Source: Sarea resinae (lineage: Eukaryota). From it: a stretch of DNA of 37,996 nt. Positions within the stretch are counted from its first letter, which is position 1. Every line of letters begins with the position of its first letter. The translations under genes and the position numbers were made by a program. The stretch covers positions 62,001 through 99,996 of the forward strand of contig JAPEUD010000084.1 of the NCBI GenBank assembly GCA_026026165.1. Reading direction: 5' to 3'. The notes beneath the pieces are model-generated. The model ran no database searches and was not told the DNA's origin. It was given only the letters and a program-made list of their open reading frames with translations. Below, in pieces: positions 37,323-37,996 of this stretch.

Positions 37323-37397
37323 TGAGTACAGTGGGAATCGATCCTAGAAGTATTACGTAATCAATGATTGACCTTACAATAACTAGGCTATATGACT
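37323..37397 (-). pseudogene. tRNA-like or SINE-head relic (Pol III A box and B box, T-rich terminator downstream)
   Basis: The minus strand reads AGTCATA-TAGCCTAGTT (A-box-like)...CTAGGATCGATTCCCAC (B box/T-arm-like)...TGTACTCA and then TTTACTTTTTT. The span is about 75 nt. Acceptor and anticodon stems are not intact. Confidence 0.5.
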
Positions 37398-37500
37398 TGT
37401 TAGAAAATCTAGCCCTATAGTGCTATATAGCCTATAGAAACCATAATATTATTTTGATATAGAGATTTTCAAATTTTATTAAGATTTAGAACCACCTAAA

Positions 37501-37582
37501 TTTACTAAGACGTTCAATGAAAAAAGTCATGATTATATAAGCTTACATAATATTTGCAAAAATCGTTGAACATCTTAGTGAA
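37501..37582. repeat. 82-bp imperfect palindrome centred on AAGCTT (37539-37544)
   Basis: Arms 37501-37520 and 37563-37582 are reverse complements apart from 3 transitions. The core 37532-37551 is palindromic apart from 1 transition. Confidence 0.88.
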
Positions 37583-37854
37583 TATTAGCTTATTTAAAAT
37601 TTTAAGAAATATCTACTACTACTATTGTTAGAAGGTAGCACAAAGATATAAGTAGAGAAAGGTGCTAAAGAAGTGTAGTATAGAATAATTGTATATTATA
37701 AACTTAGAGATTCTAGCTATAGAGGTGTAAGGCAGTTAATATATAGACTTAACTAACTTACTAGAAACTTCTAGTGATAACTAATTACATAAGTGATTTG
37801 TAAGCAATAAGCTGACAATAACATAGGCTTTGTAAGAGAGTTAGGAGATAGTTG

Positions 37855-37996
37855 TGTAACCCTTATGTCATAGAGTTCTATAGATATCTAAGAGATTCTA
37901 TAGACTTCTAGATAGTTCTAGAACATTCTAGAAGGTTCTAGAAGGTTCTAGATGCTTAGTCAGCATATAGTGATGCTTAGTCAGCATACCTATAGA
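37855..37996 (+). mobile_element. Possible start of a degraded LTR, truncated by the window end
   Basis: Begins TGTAAC, a common LTR terminus. It is followed by ~10-bp tandem units (ttctagaagg and variants) and a duplicated gatgcttagtcagcata. The other terminus is not visible. Confidence 0.4.

Larger units (their letters stand above)
37071..37687 (+). repeat. Two copies of a ~58-bp direct repeat, 37071-37128 and 37629-37687
   Basis: Both copies read tagaaggtag..agatataagtagagaaaggtgctaaagaagt..tagtatagaata. Confidence 0.9.
36830..37996. mobile_element. AT-rich, RIP-like degraded repeat/transposon block
   Basis: Composition shifts abruptly to AT-rich, TpA-rich sequence (tatag, ctag, taa) with no ORF of 60 aa or more. 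Arms of the internal inverted repeats differ by C/T transitions. Confidence 0.75.

Overview
Gene-dense genomic DNA from a filamentous ascomycete (Pezizomycotina, inferred from short spliceosomal introns with CTRAC branch points, a Zn2Cys6 factor, DASH subunit Dam1 and RIP-like decay). I reconstructed 17 intron-containing housekeeping genes by hand: a UCH37/BAP1-class deubiquitinase (cut off by the left edge), a Zn2Cys6 transcription factor, prefoldin 3, a LETM1-like protein, a Nab3-like RRM protein, an ICT1/Pth4 peptidyl-tRNA hydrolase, Utp6, an Rbd2 rhomboid, Gaa1, Rpn9, complex I NDUFA9, a LACTB2-type metallo-beta-lactamase, Ubp8, Efm5, a Ytp1/DUF2427 membrane protein, Dam1 and a Csr1-type CRAL-TRIO protein. 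The last ~1.2 kb is AT-rich, RIP-like repeat DNA. No biosynthetic cluster, defence system or intact transposase is visible, and I found no clear novel system. The most unusual signals are: (1) about 30% of the predicted introns end in AAG; (2) TAC(T/C)-Nx-(A/G)GTA inverted motifs, including TACT-N4-AGTA six times, cluster in upstream intergenic regions; (3) a direct-repeat-bounded relic carries a tRNA-like Pol III unit and long palindromes; (4) the CRAL-TRIO protein has an in-frame presequence-plus-transmembrane N-terminal extension; (5) an orphan textbook intron lies antisense just upstream of UBP8. All exon coordinates are manual predictions without transcript data.
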